Assembly: GCF_013365475.1 (NCBI RefSeq)
Contig: NZ_CP046579.1
Span: 420,001 to 452,000 of the forward strand
Length of the DNA stretch: 32,000 nt
Source: Candidatus Saccharimonadota bacterium
GTDB taxonomy: Bacteria > Pseudomonadota > Alphaproteobacteria > Rickettsiales > Anaplasmataceae
Direction: 5' to 3'
A program made the translations under genes and the position numbers. The notes under the pieces are model-generated. The model was not told the DNA's origin. It ran no database searches and saw only the letters and a program-made list of their open reading frames with translations. Numbering within the stretch: the stretch's first letter is position 1; each line of letters starts with the position of its first letter. Positions 11,981 to 21,030 of the stretch are shown one piece after another.

Positions 11981-12183
11981 GGCTTGAAGCTTTGTATATC
12001 TTTAATTTACATATTGTTATCTTATCTACTTGTCTACTTAAAAACAATAAAAACTTTAAATCAAAGGTCAAATCTCACTGAGAGGGTATAGACAATTTTA
12101 TTTTTCATGGACATATGTACTACTAAGTGGCCCCATGAATGGGATCAACTATTTATGTGATAATTTCTCAATGAAAAACATTA

Positions 12184-12504
12184 TCATGTAATGATTTCTT
12201 TTTCTTTCAGTAAGCTTTGTAGCTCACCTTTTTCGTACATCTCGCGAGTGATGTCAGAACCACCAATAAATTCTCCCTTTATATATAATTGCGGAATTGT
12301 TGGCCAATCAGAAAACTCTTTTATAGACTGACGTATTTCGTTATCTTCTAACACATTGATATATTTAAATTTAACATTTAACTTTTTAAGGATAGATACA
12401 ACAAGCCCAGAAAATCCACATTGAGGAAAATCAGAAGTGCCTTTCATATATAAGAGCACATCGTTTTCTATTATATCTTTTCTTATTTGTTCAAAATTTT
12501 TCAT
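12184..12504 (-). CDS. grxD: Monothiol glutaredoxin (Grx4/GrxD family)
   Basis: 106 aa with the CGFS active site (FPQCGFSG) and WPTIPQLYIKGEFIGGSDI. Confidence 0.9.
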   Translation of the reverse strand: MKNFEQIRKDIIENDVLLYMKGTSDFPQCGFSGLVVSILKKLNVKFKYINVLEDNEIRQSIKEFSDWPTIPQLYIKGEFIGGSDITREMYEKGELQSLLKEKEIIT

Positions 12505-12519
12505 AAAAGTTTACCTTAA

Positions 12520-12738
12520 CTAAGTGCTAGTTTCTAATTGCAACGCATGTATTGACTGGTTCTCTAGAGCTTTATACACCATTTTATGTTGTTCTACTCT
12601 TGTCTTTCCAAGGAAACATTTAGAAATTATTTTTAAGTGATAATGATTATTGTCCCCAGTAAGATCATTAATCTCTATGTTAGCATCTGGAAATGATTGT
12701 TTAACAACCTTTTCTAATTCATGAACTGTTATAACCAT
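12520..12738 (-). CDS. BolA-family protein
   Basis: 72 aa with NHYHLKIIS..F.GKTRVEQHKMVYKAL...IHALQL, typical of the BolA fold. It lies 15 nt upstream of grxD, the known BolA-Grx partner arrangement. Confidence 0.8.
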   Translation of the reverse strand: MVITVHELEKVVKQSFPDANIEINDLTGDNNHYHLKIISKCFLGKTRVEQHKMVYKALENQSIHALQLETST

Positions 12739-12796
12739 TAGTTTGTTTTTGATTGTAATATTTTGATTATAAACCTAAAATGATCATATGCAATAG

Positions 12797-14119
12797 TTAT
12801 TGTGAGGACAATAAATTTAGTGTACTGAGAACAGTCAAAAGGCGAGATTTTAATTGGCTCTCATATTCATTCCAGTCTTGTATTGCTTTTCTTGCAACAT
12901 CTGAGCGTATTGCAGCTTTTGCAACAGCAGGAGAGACTATCGAAATTAATCTTGGGTCAAATGGAGTAGGTACTATATATTCACGTCCATAGCTCATTCT
13001 ACGATTACCGTAAGCTGCAGGTATTTCATCAGGTACTGGCTCACGCGCTAGCTTTGCTATTGCACCTGCAGCTGCAATCTTCATTTCGTTGTTTATTGCT
13101 GTTGCATGTACATCAAGCGCACCCCTAAATATGTAAGGGAACCCCATTACATTGTTGACTTGGTTATTATAATCTGACCTACCAGTTGCAATTATTGCAT
13201 CCGGCCTTATGGATTTTGCAAGTTCAGGCTTTACTTCTGGGTTAGGGTTAGCAAGAGCAAAAATGATTGGATCTTTACTCATGCTTTTTAGCATTTCTTC
13301 GTTTAGTACATCCTTTGCAGACAATCCGATAAATACGTCAGCACCTTTTATTGCATCAGGTAAGGAACGTTCTTTAGTATCAGTTGCGTATTTTTCCTTC
13401 CACTCATTCATGTCCTCTTTTCTACTTTTATAGATTACCCCTTTCTTATCGCATAGTACTATACTCTTAGCACCCATTGATCTCAGTATTTCCAAACATG
13501 CAATACCTGCTGCTCCAGCACCGTTTATAATAATCTTAACATCCTTTAATTTCTTTCTTACAATATCAAGAGCATTTTCTATGCCTGCTGCAACAACTAC
13601 TGCAGTTCCATGCTGATCATCGTGAAATACTGGGATATCCATCAGTTCATTTAGACGCCTTTCTATTATAAAACAATCAGGAGATCTTATGTCTTCCAAA
13701 TTTATTCCTCCCCAACTTGGTCCAAGGTACCTTACTGCATTGATAAAATCTTCTATATTCTCTGTATCAACTTCTATATCGACTGCATCAATGTCGGCGA
13801 AGCGCTTGAATAAGACAGCTTTACCTTCCATAACAGGCTTTGAGGCAAGAGGACCAATGTTGCCAAGTCCGAGTACTGCAGTGCCATTTGAAATGACAGC
13901 AACACAGTTACTTTTTGTTGTATAATCATAGACAACTTCAGAATTTTTAGCTATTTCAAGACATGGAGCAGCAACTCCAGGAGAATAGGCAAGTGATAAG
14001 TCATACTGATTAAACAAGGACTTTGTTGGCAAAATAGATATTTTGCCAGGATTGTTCCCTTTACTGTGATATCTGAGTGCTTCCTGTTTTGTAGTATTAT
14101 CTAAATCGTTATTTATCAT
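12797..14119 (-). CDS. maeB: NAD(P)-dependent malic enzyme, short form (malic domain only)
   Basis: 440 aa with YSPGVAAPC, GLGNIGPLASKPVMEGKAVLFKRFA, GGINLEDI and Rossmann NGAGAAGIA. No phosphotransacetylase-like C-terminal domain is present. Confidence 0.88.
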   Translation of the reverse strand: MINNDLDNTTKQEALRYHSKGNNPGKISILPTKSLFNQYDLSLAYSPGVAAPCLEIAKNSEVVYDYTTKSNCVAVISNGTAVLGLGNIGPLASKPVMEGKAVLFKRFADIDAVDIEVDTENIEDFINAVRYLGPSWGGINLEDIRSPDCFIIERRLNELMDIPVFHDDQHGTAVVVAAGIENALDIVRKKLKDVKIIINGAGAAGIACLEILRSMGAKSIVLCDKKGVIYKSRKEDMNEWKEKYATDTKERSLPDAIKGADVFIGLSAKDVLNEEMLKSMSKDPIIFALANPNPEVKPELAKSIRPDAIIATGRSDYNNQVNNVMGFPYIFRGALDVHATAINNEMKIAAAGAIAKLAREPVPDEIPAAYGNRRMSYGREYIVPTPFDPRLISIVSPAVAKAAIRSDVARKAIQDWNEYESQLKSRLLTVLSTLNLLSSQ

Positions 14120-14258
14120 GACGCTCTTATTTTAAATTCATAGTTAGCAAATTTTTAAGTATATGGAGTTTTTATAAATGTTCAATCGTAAACTATTAAC
14201 TTGTGAACTGAATCCAAATTCTGTATAAATTTACTGTACTGCATTAAAATTACATTGC

Positions 14259-14801
14259 ATGCTTAAGAAAAACTTGCCTAATTTATTGACAATTTCTCGT
14301 GCGCTTGCAATACCAGCAATAATATTAAGTTTTTATATAGAAAACAAATATGCAAACTTGATAACAATATCAATCTTTATGTTTGCGTGTGTTACAGATT
14401 TTTTTGATGGTTATCTGGCACGTGCATGGAAAGTTCAATCCAAGTTTGGCAAATTATTCGATCCAATTGCTGATAAATTAATAGTAATTTCAACAATAAT
14501 TATGCTAATTTATAGACACAAGATAAATGATTTCACTATAATACCATCGGTTATAATTATTTGTAGAGAGGTATTGGTTTCTGGTTTACGAGAATTTTTG
14601 ATAGCCACAAATACTAGCTTACCTGTAAGCAAAGTTGGGAAAATCAAAACATTCTTACAGATGGTTGCTGTTGTAGCACTAATAGTAAATGATTATGAAG
14701 CAGCTCAATGTATAGGTACAGTTTGCCTGTGGATCGCAGCTATCATAACTGTATGGTCTGGTTATAACTATGTTTTAACTGGAATCAAACAGGTTAGCTA
14801 G
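14259..14801 (+). CDS. pgsA: CDP-diacylglycerol--glycerol-3-phosphate 3-phosphatidyltransferase
   Basis: 180 aa membrane protein with the CDP-alcohol phosphatidyltransferase motif DFFDGYLARAWKVQSKFGKLFDPIADK. Confidence 0.9.
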   Translation: MLKKNLPNLLTISRALAIPAIILSFYIENKYANLITISIFMFACVTDFFDGYLARAWKVQSKFGKLFDPIADKLIVISTIIMLIYRHKINDFTIIPSVIIICREVLVSGLREFLIATNTSLPVSKVGKIKTFLQMVAVVALIVNDYEAAQCIGTVCLWIAAIITVWSGYNYVLTGIKQVS

Positions 14802-15869
14802 TTTCTTAAGAAAGATCTAAGTAGCTAAAAGATTCAGATAAATCTGATTAAATGATTTGAATGATATATAATATATTAATATATAATCAAATATAGTTGA
14901 TATGATTAATAACTAATGATGTGTTTTTACTAAAAGATTCTTGAATATATTCTGATATTTGATGAAGAAGTTTAAAGTAAAGTTCTTAAGATAGTCCTTC
15001 CAACTCTGAAAAGAAGGTAGATTATAAAAATTAATATATACCAGTTCTGTTTGCATTACTAATAAGCTATTGAGCTAGAAGATCTAGTATTAAGTATTTT
15101 GTTGTTAAACAATGGTGTATAAGCTAACTTTATAGTTCTATCATATATTCGTATATTGTGTTTATCTTGTTTTGTCTTGTGATTAATAGTGAAAAAGATG
15201 ACAGCGAAAGAATAGACTGTAAGGGATTGAGAACGGGGAAATAGAAAAAAGAGCATGACCTTTTTTAGTATAAGCGACTGTTTAATTTGTGCTAAGGCTG
15301 CAGTAGCTGTGTTGGTTATTATAGTGTAATAATGGAGTAATCTTTGCCCGAATGAGAAGTATACATAGTTTTACCTACTTATTAATATAATTGCTTTCTT
15401 TAATCATTTGTTGTTACGTTTATTGATATAGAAGAAGTGAGATAAAAAATTTAAGGAGATAGGGAAGCTTGATCTTGACTTGATAATTTGAAATCCGAAG
15501 TAGTTATATATATTTTTACTTTCTACAGGTCAATGCTGCTACCTATATCTTAGGTAAGACAAGTAGCATAGGAGCATATATCAATAGCGTTAATATCTTC
15601 ATTAAGTTCGATGTTTGTCTTTGAATTTTTTGGTACTGCATTTAAAACTATGATTATACAAGTATCGATTATTCACTTTTGCAAAAAAATACTAAATAAC
15701 CTAACTAAAATAAAAAAGGTTGGTTTAGAAGTTAAGGCACTGTTTTAGATTTGATAATTATTGTGAGCAAGAAATAACTATGTAGGTTCTCTATCTAGCT
15801 ATTTTTAGAGTGAGAAGTCTATTTATTCTGTAATATTTAGTCTATACTGTACTTCAGTTTAAAAATCTT

Positions 15870-16559
15870 ATGTGTAAGACTTTGATTCTATGCCTTATTC
15901 TTCTGATTTGCCCATTTGCTCAGTCTCATGGGAGTAATTTAGAAATAACTGAATCTGAGCTGTATAAAAGAGCAGTTAAGCTTTTTGATAGGAAAAAGTA
16001 CAGGCAGGCTATCGTAGTATTTCAAAAAGTAGAAGACTTGTACCCTTTTTCCTATAGAGCGATGAAAGCTAAATTATTATCTGGTATTTCTCACTATAAT
16101 ATGGGAAACTATAGCAGTGCTATAAGTGATACAGATGATTATATACAGATTTATTCACATGGCGAAGATTTATCTTATGCATATTATTTAAGAGTACTGT
16201 CTTACTATATGCAAATTCATAAAGTGCAGCTTGGGCAGCAAGTTGCATATAGAACTTTAGACCTAGCCACTGAGTATATTAATCTCTTTCCGGAAAGTAA
16301 ATATACAAAGGAAATAGAAGGGAAAATGAAGATAGTTACAGAACATATACTTGCGAAAGAATATTATACTGGTATGTTCTATTTAAGGCGTGGTGAGTAC
16401 TTAGCAGCGATTAAACGGTTTCGGAATGTAATGAGTAATAGAAATACTAAATATTTTCTTGAATCTGTTGGCTATCTAATTATAGCCCATTCGGCTTTTG
16501 GCCTTGACCTAGAAGTTCAACAATATAAAAATCTATTGGTGCGAAATCTAGAAAATTAA
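15870..16559 (+). CDS. bamD: Outer membrane protein assembly factor BamD (YfiO/ComL family, TPR lipoprotein)
   Basis: 229 aa with a hydrophobic Cys-containing N-terminus and TPR-like repeats: ELYKRAVKLFDRKKYRQAIVVFQKVEDLYPFSYRAMKAKLLSGISHYNMGNYSSAI...YAYYLRVLSYY...LFPESKYTKE...FYLRRGEYLAAIKRF. Confidence 0.8.
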   Translation: MCKTLILCLILLICPFAQSHGSNLEITESELYKRAVKLFDRKKYRQAIVVFQKVEDLYPFSYRAMKAKLLSGISHYNMGNYSSAISDTDDYIQIYSHGEDLSYAYYLRVLSYYMQIHKVQLGQQVAYRTLDLATEYINLFPESKYTKEIEGKMKIVTEHILAKEYYTGMFYLRRGEYLAAIKRFRNVMSNRNTKYFLESVGYLIIAHSAFGLDLEVQQYKNLLVRNLEN

Positions 16560-16654
16560 GGAAAGATGAAGCTCTCTATGAGAGAAGCAGATCTAAAAAT
16601 TTTCTTTAGTTTTCCCCATACCTGATATATAATCAGGTTTTTAGTTATTTGAAT

Positions 16655-17395
16655 ATGGCTGGTCACTCACAATTTTCAAATATAAGGCATCGGAAAGGCG
16701 CTAGAGATGCAATGCGCTCTCAGAAATTTGCAAAGCTCATTAGAGGGATAACGGTTGTTGCAAGGCAAGGATTACCTGATCCTGAGCTTAATTCACGTCT
16801 TCGCTCTGCTCTGTTTACTGCACGCAAAAAGAATTTACCGAAAGGTAAAATAGAAACAGCAATAAGAAATGCAACTGGCAATGCTCCAGGGGAAAATTAT
16901 GAAAAAATACAGTATGGAGGCTATGGACCATCTGGTACTGCGCTTGTTGTTCACGCTCTAACTAATAACCGCAATAGAACTATCTCTGAGGTACGTTATA
17001 TTTTTTCTCGTAAAGGTGGAAGTTTAAGAGAAACAGGAAATGTTAGTTACCTTTTTAATCAGGTAGGTTTGATCACCTATAAAGCAGAAGATGTAAACTT
17101 TGGAGATCTGTTTAATCATGGAGTCAAATTAGAAGTATTAGATATTGAGGAAAATAGTAAAGAGGGGTTATATTTTATAACTTGTAAAGTAAAAGACTTC
17201 GGCAGGATACGTGATGCTTTTTATGCAGAATTTGGAGAGCCGGAGCTTGCTCGCCTTTCATGGCAACCAAAGAACCCAATTAAAATTAGTGACAAGGAAT
17301 TAATCGATAAACTATCTATGTTAGTTAAAGAGCTAGAAGATAATAATGATGTTCAGTATGTTGAAGGTAATTTTAGTTTTGTTGATTCTACTTAG
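16655..17395 (+). CDS. yebC: YebC/PmpR-family DNA-binding transcriptional regulator
   Basis: The ATG at 16655 gives MAGHSQFSNIRHRKGARDA..., the canonical YebC N-terminus. The track start at 16649 is a TTG two codons upstream. Confidence 0.9.
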   Translation: MAGHSQFSNIRHRKGARDAMRSQKFAKLIRGITVVARQGLPDPELNSRLRSALFTARKKNLPKGKIETAIRNATGNAPGENYEKIQYGGYGPSGTALVVHALTNNRNRTISEVRYIFSRKGGSLRETGNVSYLFNQVGLITYKAEDVNFGDLFNHGVKLEVLDIEENSKEGLYFITCKVKDFGRIRDAFYAEFGEPELARLSWQPKNPIKISDKELIDKLSMLVKELEDNNDVQYVEGNFSFVDST

Positions 17396-17398
17396 ACT

Positions 17399-18301
17399 AT
17401 GAAGTTGAGAGTGTTTGTATTGCTTTACACATTACTAATGTCCAATTTACATGCTTCTGAAATACCAGAGAGCAATAAAGAGATCTTGTTAGTATCAAGT
17501 GACATAAAATCTTCTTTTTTTACTACGGCAATTAAACAGGGGTTAGCTTTAAATACAGTAATGAAGTTAATCAATATATATGAGAATTTCGGTATAAATT
17601 TTAAAAAAGATATTGTACCAGAGAGTAACTTGAAAGTTCTTTTTGAAAGATCACTTAGTAATCAGAGGACAAAAGAGAAAATTTTATATACTTCCCTTGT
17701 AACAGATAAAAAAACTACTTGTTTATATCATTATAAAATAAGAAATGGCAAAGAAAGTTATTTTAATAAAGATGGGGTAAGTCTAAGAGATAGTAAAACT
17801 TTTATTAGTCCTTTAAATGGTGATTTTTCTATATCTTCAAAGTTTGGCAACAGAAAGCACCCTATTCACGGTAAGATTGTTTTTCATAAAGGAATAGATT
17901 ATGTAGCTAAGTTTGGTGACAATATATATGCAGTTGCAGAAGGTGTGATAGCATATATAGGAAATAATGGAGGGTATGGTAAATATATTAAAATAAAACA
18001 TAAAAATGGATATTCAACTTGTTATGCTCATATAAGTAAGTTTAGTGATGGTATAAAGTTAGGCTCAGAAGTAAAGCAAGGCCAGGTTATTGCTTATGTT
18101 GGTAGTACTGGTGTTGTAACAGGTCCACATTTGCATTACGAGGTCATATATAACGGTAAATATATTGATCCGCTTACAATAGTACATGGAAAAGAAGTAA
18201 GGCTGATTGGTCATGAATTAAATGAATTTAAGCTTTTTGTAAATAAGGTAAACAAAGCAATCGGTAAAAAAGAGATTAAAGTAAAAGAGGTTTTTATGTA
18301 A
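17399..18301 (+). CDS. M23 (LytM-type) metallopeptidase with signal peptide
   Basis: N-terminal signal-like MKLRVFVLLYTLLMSNLHA. Both catalytic motifs are intact: HxxxD (FHKGIDY) and HxH (GPHLHYEV). It starts 3 nt after the yebC stop. Confidence 0.85.
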   Translation: MKLRVFVLLYTLLMSNLHASEIPESNKEILLVSSDIKSSFFTTAIKQGLALNTVMKLINIYENFGINFKKDIVPESNLKVLFERSLSNQRTKEKILYTSLVTDKKTTCLYHYKIRNGKESYFNKDGVSLRDSKTFISPLNGDFSISSKFGNRKHPIHGKIVFHKGIDYVAKFGDNIYAVAEGVIAYIGNNGGYGKYIKIKHKNGYSTCYAHISKFSDGIKLGSEVKQGQVIAYVGSTGVVTGPHLHYEVIYNGKYIDPLTIVHGKEVRLIGHELNEFKLFVNKVNKAIGKKEIKVKEVFM

Positions 18302-19576
18302 CAAGTACAAGAGTTCGATGATGGAATTTAATAATTCTTTTTTTGTACTAGTAACATTGATATTCTATTGATAGTTTAGGTAGTAAAATTGTACTTGAAG
18401 TTGTATTTCAGTGCTAACTCTTTCTCATGCTTTTTAATGACCTTAACAAAGCAAGAATAATGGAATTTTTGGCATTACGTTTCAACTTGTTTCAAGCGTG
18501 AAGTACCTGCCACAAATTTTACTTACTAGTAAGTATATTATATATCTTAAACTTCAGGATATCAATGCAAAAAAATAAAGTGGAGAGATATGAAAGTGAT
18601 AAAATATAGATTTTAGTAGTAATTACTTAAGAAGTAAGTTATATACAGGCATATTGAACGTTAGTAACTATTAATTTATTCTTACAAGACAACTTAGTGA
18701 TTAAGAGAAATGACAAGTAACTACTTATATAAAGGTGGAGATAATAAGAAGTCTTTGTGTAAAACACTAGTATGGCTTTAAATAGATTGTAGTCAAGTTA
18801 AAAAAGTTACTGAATTATATTCAGTACATTGAAGCTTTAGAAGTGTAAATATTATATTTGTCTGGAATTGCCAAGTGACACTAGATATTAACAAGTACAT
18901 ATTACTATCTTTACAAGAAAATGCATAGGAAAAACTCAGGATTATTGAGTAGTAATATAATAATGCTGAATGATGCTGAGTATAACGAATTGAAAAGCAG
19001 AACAATGGTTTACTAAGTTTAGTAAAGGAATGAGAAACACGCTGGGATAAATCTTAAAATTTTACTGTTAATATTAAAAATTAGTTATATCTTCTGTTTT
19101 TTTACGTGCGTTAATACTTAAGCCTGTTAAATGATAAATATAATCTAGAATATTAAGCATAATGATTAGATTAATGGATCAAAATAAGCTGTAGTTACAC
19201 AGAATTTCACTTACAAAAGTGTACTACATTTTTTATTAAATCTTGTTATTTCTAAATATGGATCTGCAAACATGGATGAATTTCTGATCCTGAAGTCACC
19301 TAGTTTAGTGAGGTAGGTTCTAAATATGCTGAGGTAATTTTTCTATAGCAGATAAAAACTGAACCATTTTTGTTATGAGCTCCTGAATTCAAGTATCTCC
19401 AAGCCGGATAGCTTATTATATAAATTACACTTCCTAACCTCTTGTGAAAGGCTTATTTTAGTGAATTAAAGAATTTGCTTTAGTTAAGTCATAAAATTGC
19501 TAATGATCTAATTAATGTGTCTGCTTTAGCTAAAGTTTTTCTTTAGTTTAGTAAAGATGTGTGGTAGAAGAAGTCT

Positions 19577-20971
19577 ATGATAAAAGAATCACTAGTGAAA
19601 ACTGATGTAGAACAAATTGAAAACAAAAAAGCAACAAAAGGGGTTTTTAAAATATTAGGTGAAGTAGCAGATGCTGTAAGGTCATGGATTGGTAATATTG
19701 GTCCTGATTTAGATAATAGTCGTGATATCAGTAGCTTAGTTTTAAAGATGAATGAATGCTTAAATCCAAAGGGGGGAGAAGTCTCAGCACGTAAAAATAC
19801 TGTATCTCTTGGTAACTTGTATTTAAGTTTGTCAGAAAAAGGTAAAATAAGGTTTTTGCAGACTCTGGCAGAAAAGTTCAACACGATTAAAGCAGAAATA
19901 GATGAGAAAATAATGGAATACAAGGAAAATAAGAATCCTGAGTTAGACTATAAATTCGAGCAAGACTTGGTGAAAGTTCTTGAGCCACCATGTTCTAAAA
20001 TATTAAAACAATTTATTTCACTACCAGAAGGTCTTAAGTTCATTGTTGATATGCGTTCTGATGTACTCAAGTTAAAAAACCAATATAGAGAGCTTGATCG
20101 ATTGGAAAGTGAGCTAAAAAATATACTTCTCTCATGGGTTGATGTTGATCTACTTGATCTTTGTCAAATTACTTGGGGCTCACCTGCATCATTGTTAGAA
20201 AAACTTATAAAGTATGAAGCTGTGCACAAAATTTCTTCTTGGGGTGATCTAAAAAATAGACTAGATTCTGATCGCCTTTGTTTTACTTTTTTTCATTATA
20301 AAATACCAGACGAACCTCTAATTTTCGTAGAAGTTGCGCTAATGAATAAGATCGCCGATAACATTCAACATCTCCTAGATGAATCAATGCCATCAAGTGA
20401 TCCGAATAATGTAAATACTGCTATATTCTATTCAATATCAAATACTCAAGCAGGGTTGTCTGGAATTAGTTTAGGTAATTTCTTAATTAAGAGAGTTGTG
20501 GAAAAGCTGTCACGAGAGTTTAAAAGTATAAAAACTTATGCGACTCTCTCTCCAATACCTGGTTTTATGAAATGGCTAAAAGAAAATCTAAGTCAGGATA
20601 TTACTTTGCTAAGTAAATTGGATATAAAGCAATCTAGTATAGAGATCTTAGAAAGCATAGAGCAATTAAAAACTAATATTAAATACAAAAAACAATGCTT
20701 GTTGAAGCTTTGTGCATATTACTTGCTAAAGGTCAAAAATGATGATAGTAGTGCCTATGACCAGGTAGCACATTTTCATTTAAGTAATGGTGCATCAATA
20801 AAGCAACTAAACTGGATGGCAGATACTTCAGAAAAGGGTATTCACCAATCAGCAGGAATAATGGTGAATTATCTATATGAATTATCTGAGATAGATAACA
20901 ACCATGAAAATTATATGGTTAATAGGATGATTTCTTGTGCGAAGCAAGTATCATCTATATTAAAAGGGTGA
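19577..20971 (+). CDS. Malonyl-CoA decarboxylase (MCD/MatA family)
   Basis: 464 aa. The C-terminal catalytic region contains AIFYSISNTQAGLSGISLGNFLIK, TLSPIPGFMKWL and VAHFHLSNGA, which I recognise as MCD-family segments. No search was run. Confidence 0.78.
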   Translation: MIKESLVKTDVEQIENKKATKGVFKILGEVADAVRSWIGNIGPDLDNSRDISSLVLKMNECLNPKGGEVSARKNTVSLGNLYLSLSEKGKIRFLQTLAEKFNTIKAEIDEKIMEYKENKNPELDYKFEQDLVKVLEPPCSKILKQFISLPEGLKFIVDMRSDVLKLKNQYRELDRLESELKNILLSWVDVDLLDLCQITWGSPASLLEKLIKYEAVHKISSWGDLKNRLDSDRLCFTFFHYKIPDEPLIFVEVALMNKIADNIQHLLDESMPSSDPNNVNTAIFYSISNTQAGLSGISLGNFLIKRVVEKLSREFKSIKTYATLSPIPGFMKWLKENLSQDITLLSKLDIKQSSIEILESIEQLKTNIKYKKQCLLKLCAYYLLKVKNDDSSAYDQVAHFHLSNGASIKQLNWMADTSEKGIHQSAGIMVNYLYELSEIDNNHENYMVNRMISCAKQVSSILKG

Positions 20972-21030
20972 TAAGTGGTTGTTCTAATGATACTTAAGAT
21001 ATAAAATAGTTACTTAAAATAAGTATACTC

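Noticed and set aside
12780-13925. Plus-strand ORFs 12780..12992, 13209..13433 and 13689..13925
   Set aside because: All lie antisense within the malic enzyme gene, so they are shadow ORFs. The same reasoning applies to 2159..2410 (surE), 7004..7204 (folKP), 10054..10281 (petC), 21726..21938 (lepA), 23450..23963 (ispG), 24372..24602 (hypothetical), 25186..25404 and 25711..25977 (murB), 29166..29648 (pyrE) and 31404..31589 (ubiB).
14860-14900. AT-only palindromic runs as a possible replication origin
   Set aside because: I could find no DnaA-box-like (TTATCCACA-type) clusters, and the flanking genes are not the ones I recall as associated with origins in this group. Low-complexity AT palindromes are expected by chance at this base composition.
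15059-15256. Spacer ORFs 15059..15256, 18793..19005 and 30105..30314 as possible novel small proteins
   Set aside because: The peptides are low-complexity and rich in F, I, L, S and Y, as expected from translating AT-rich non-coding DNA. I saw no SD-like sequence and no recognisable motif. I mention them only as possible relic frames.
18624-18636. 13-mer TACTTAAGAAGTA shared between 18624..18636 and 25095..25107 (both intergenic)
   Set aside because: At this AT content and window size I expect many 13-mer coincidences, by a rough estimate on the order of 100 pairs. The match does not extend on either side.
18963-19016. Short ORF MLNDAEYNELKSRTMVY resembling the LigA N-terminal [12 protein letters not shown] motif
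   Set aside because: The similarity is only about 8 residues. The flanking translation does not continue any LigA pattern (no KxDG, no YY..P context). It is most likely chance.
19543-19923. 126-aa minus-strand ORF overlapping the 5-prime end of the malonyl-CoA decarboxylase gene
   Set aside because: It is antisense to a gene with family-level similarity. The peptide is hydrophobic and low-complexity, and there is no independent start-site context. It is a shadow ORF.
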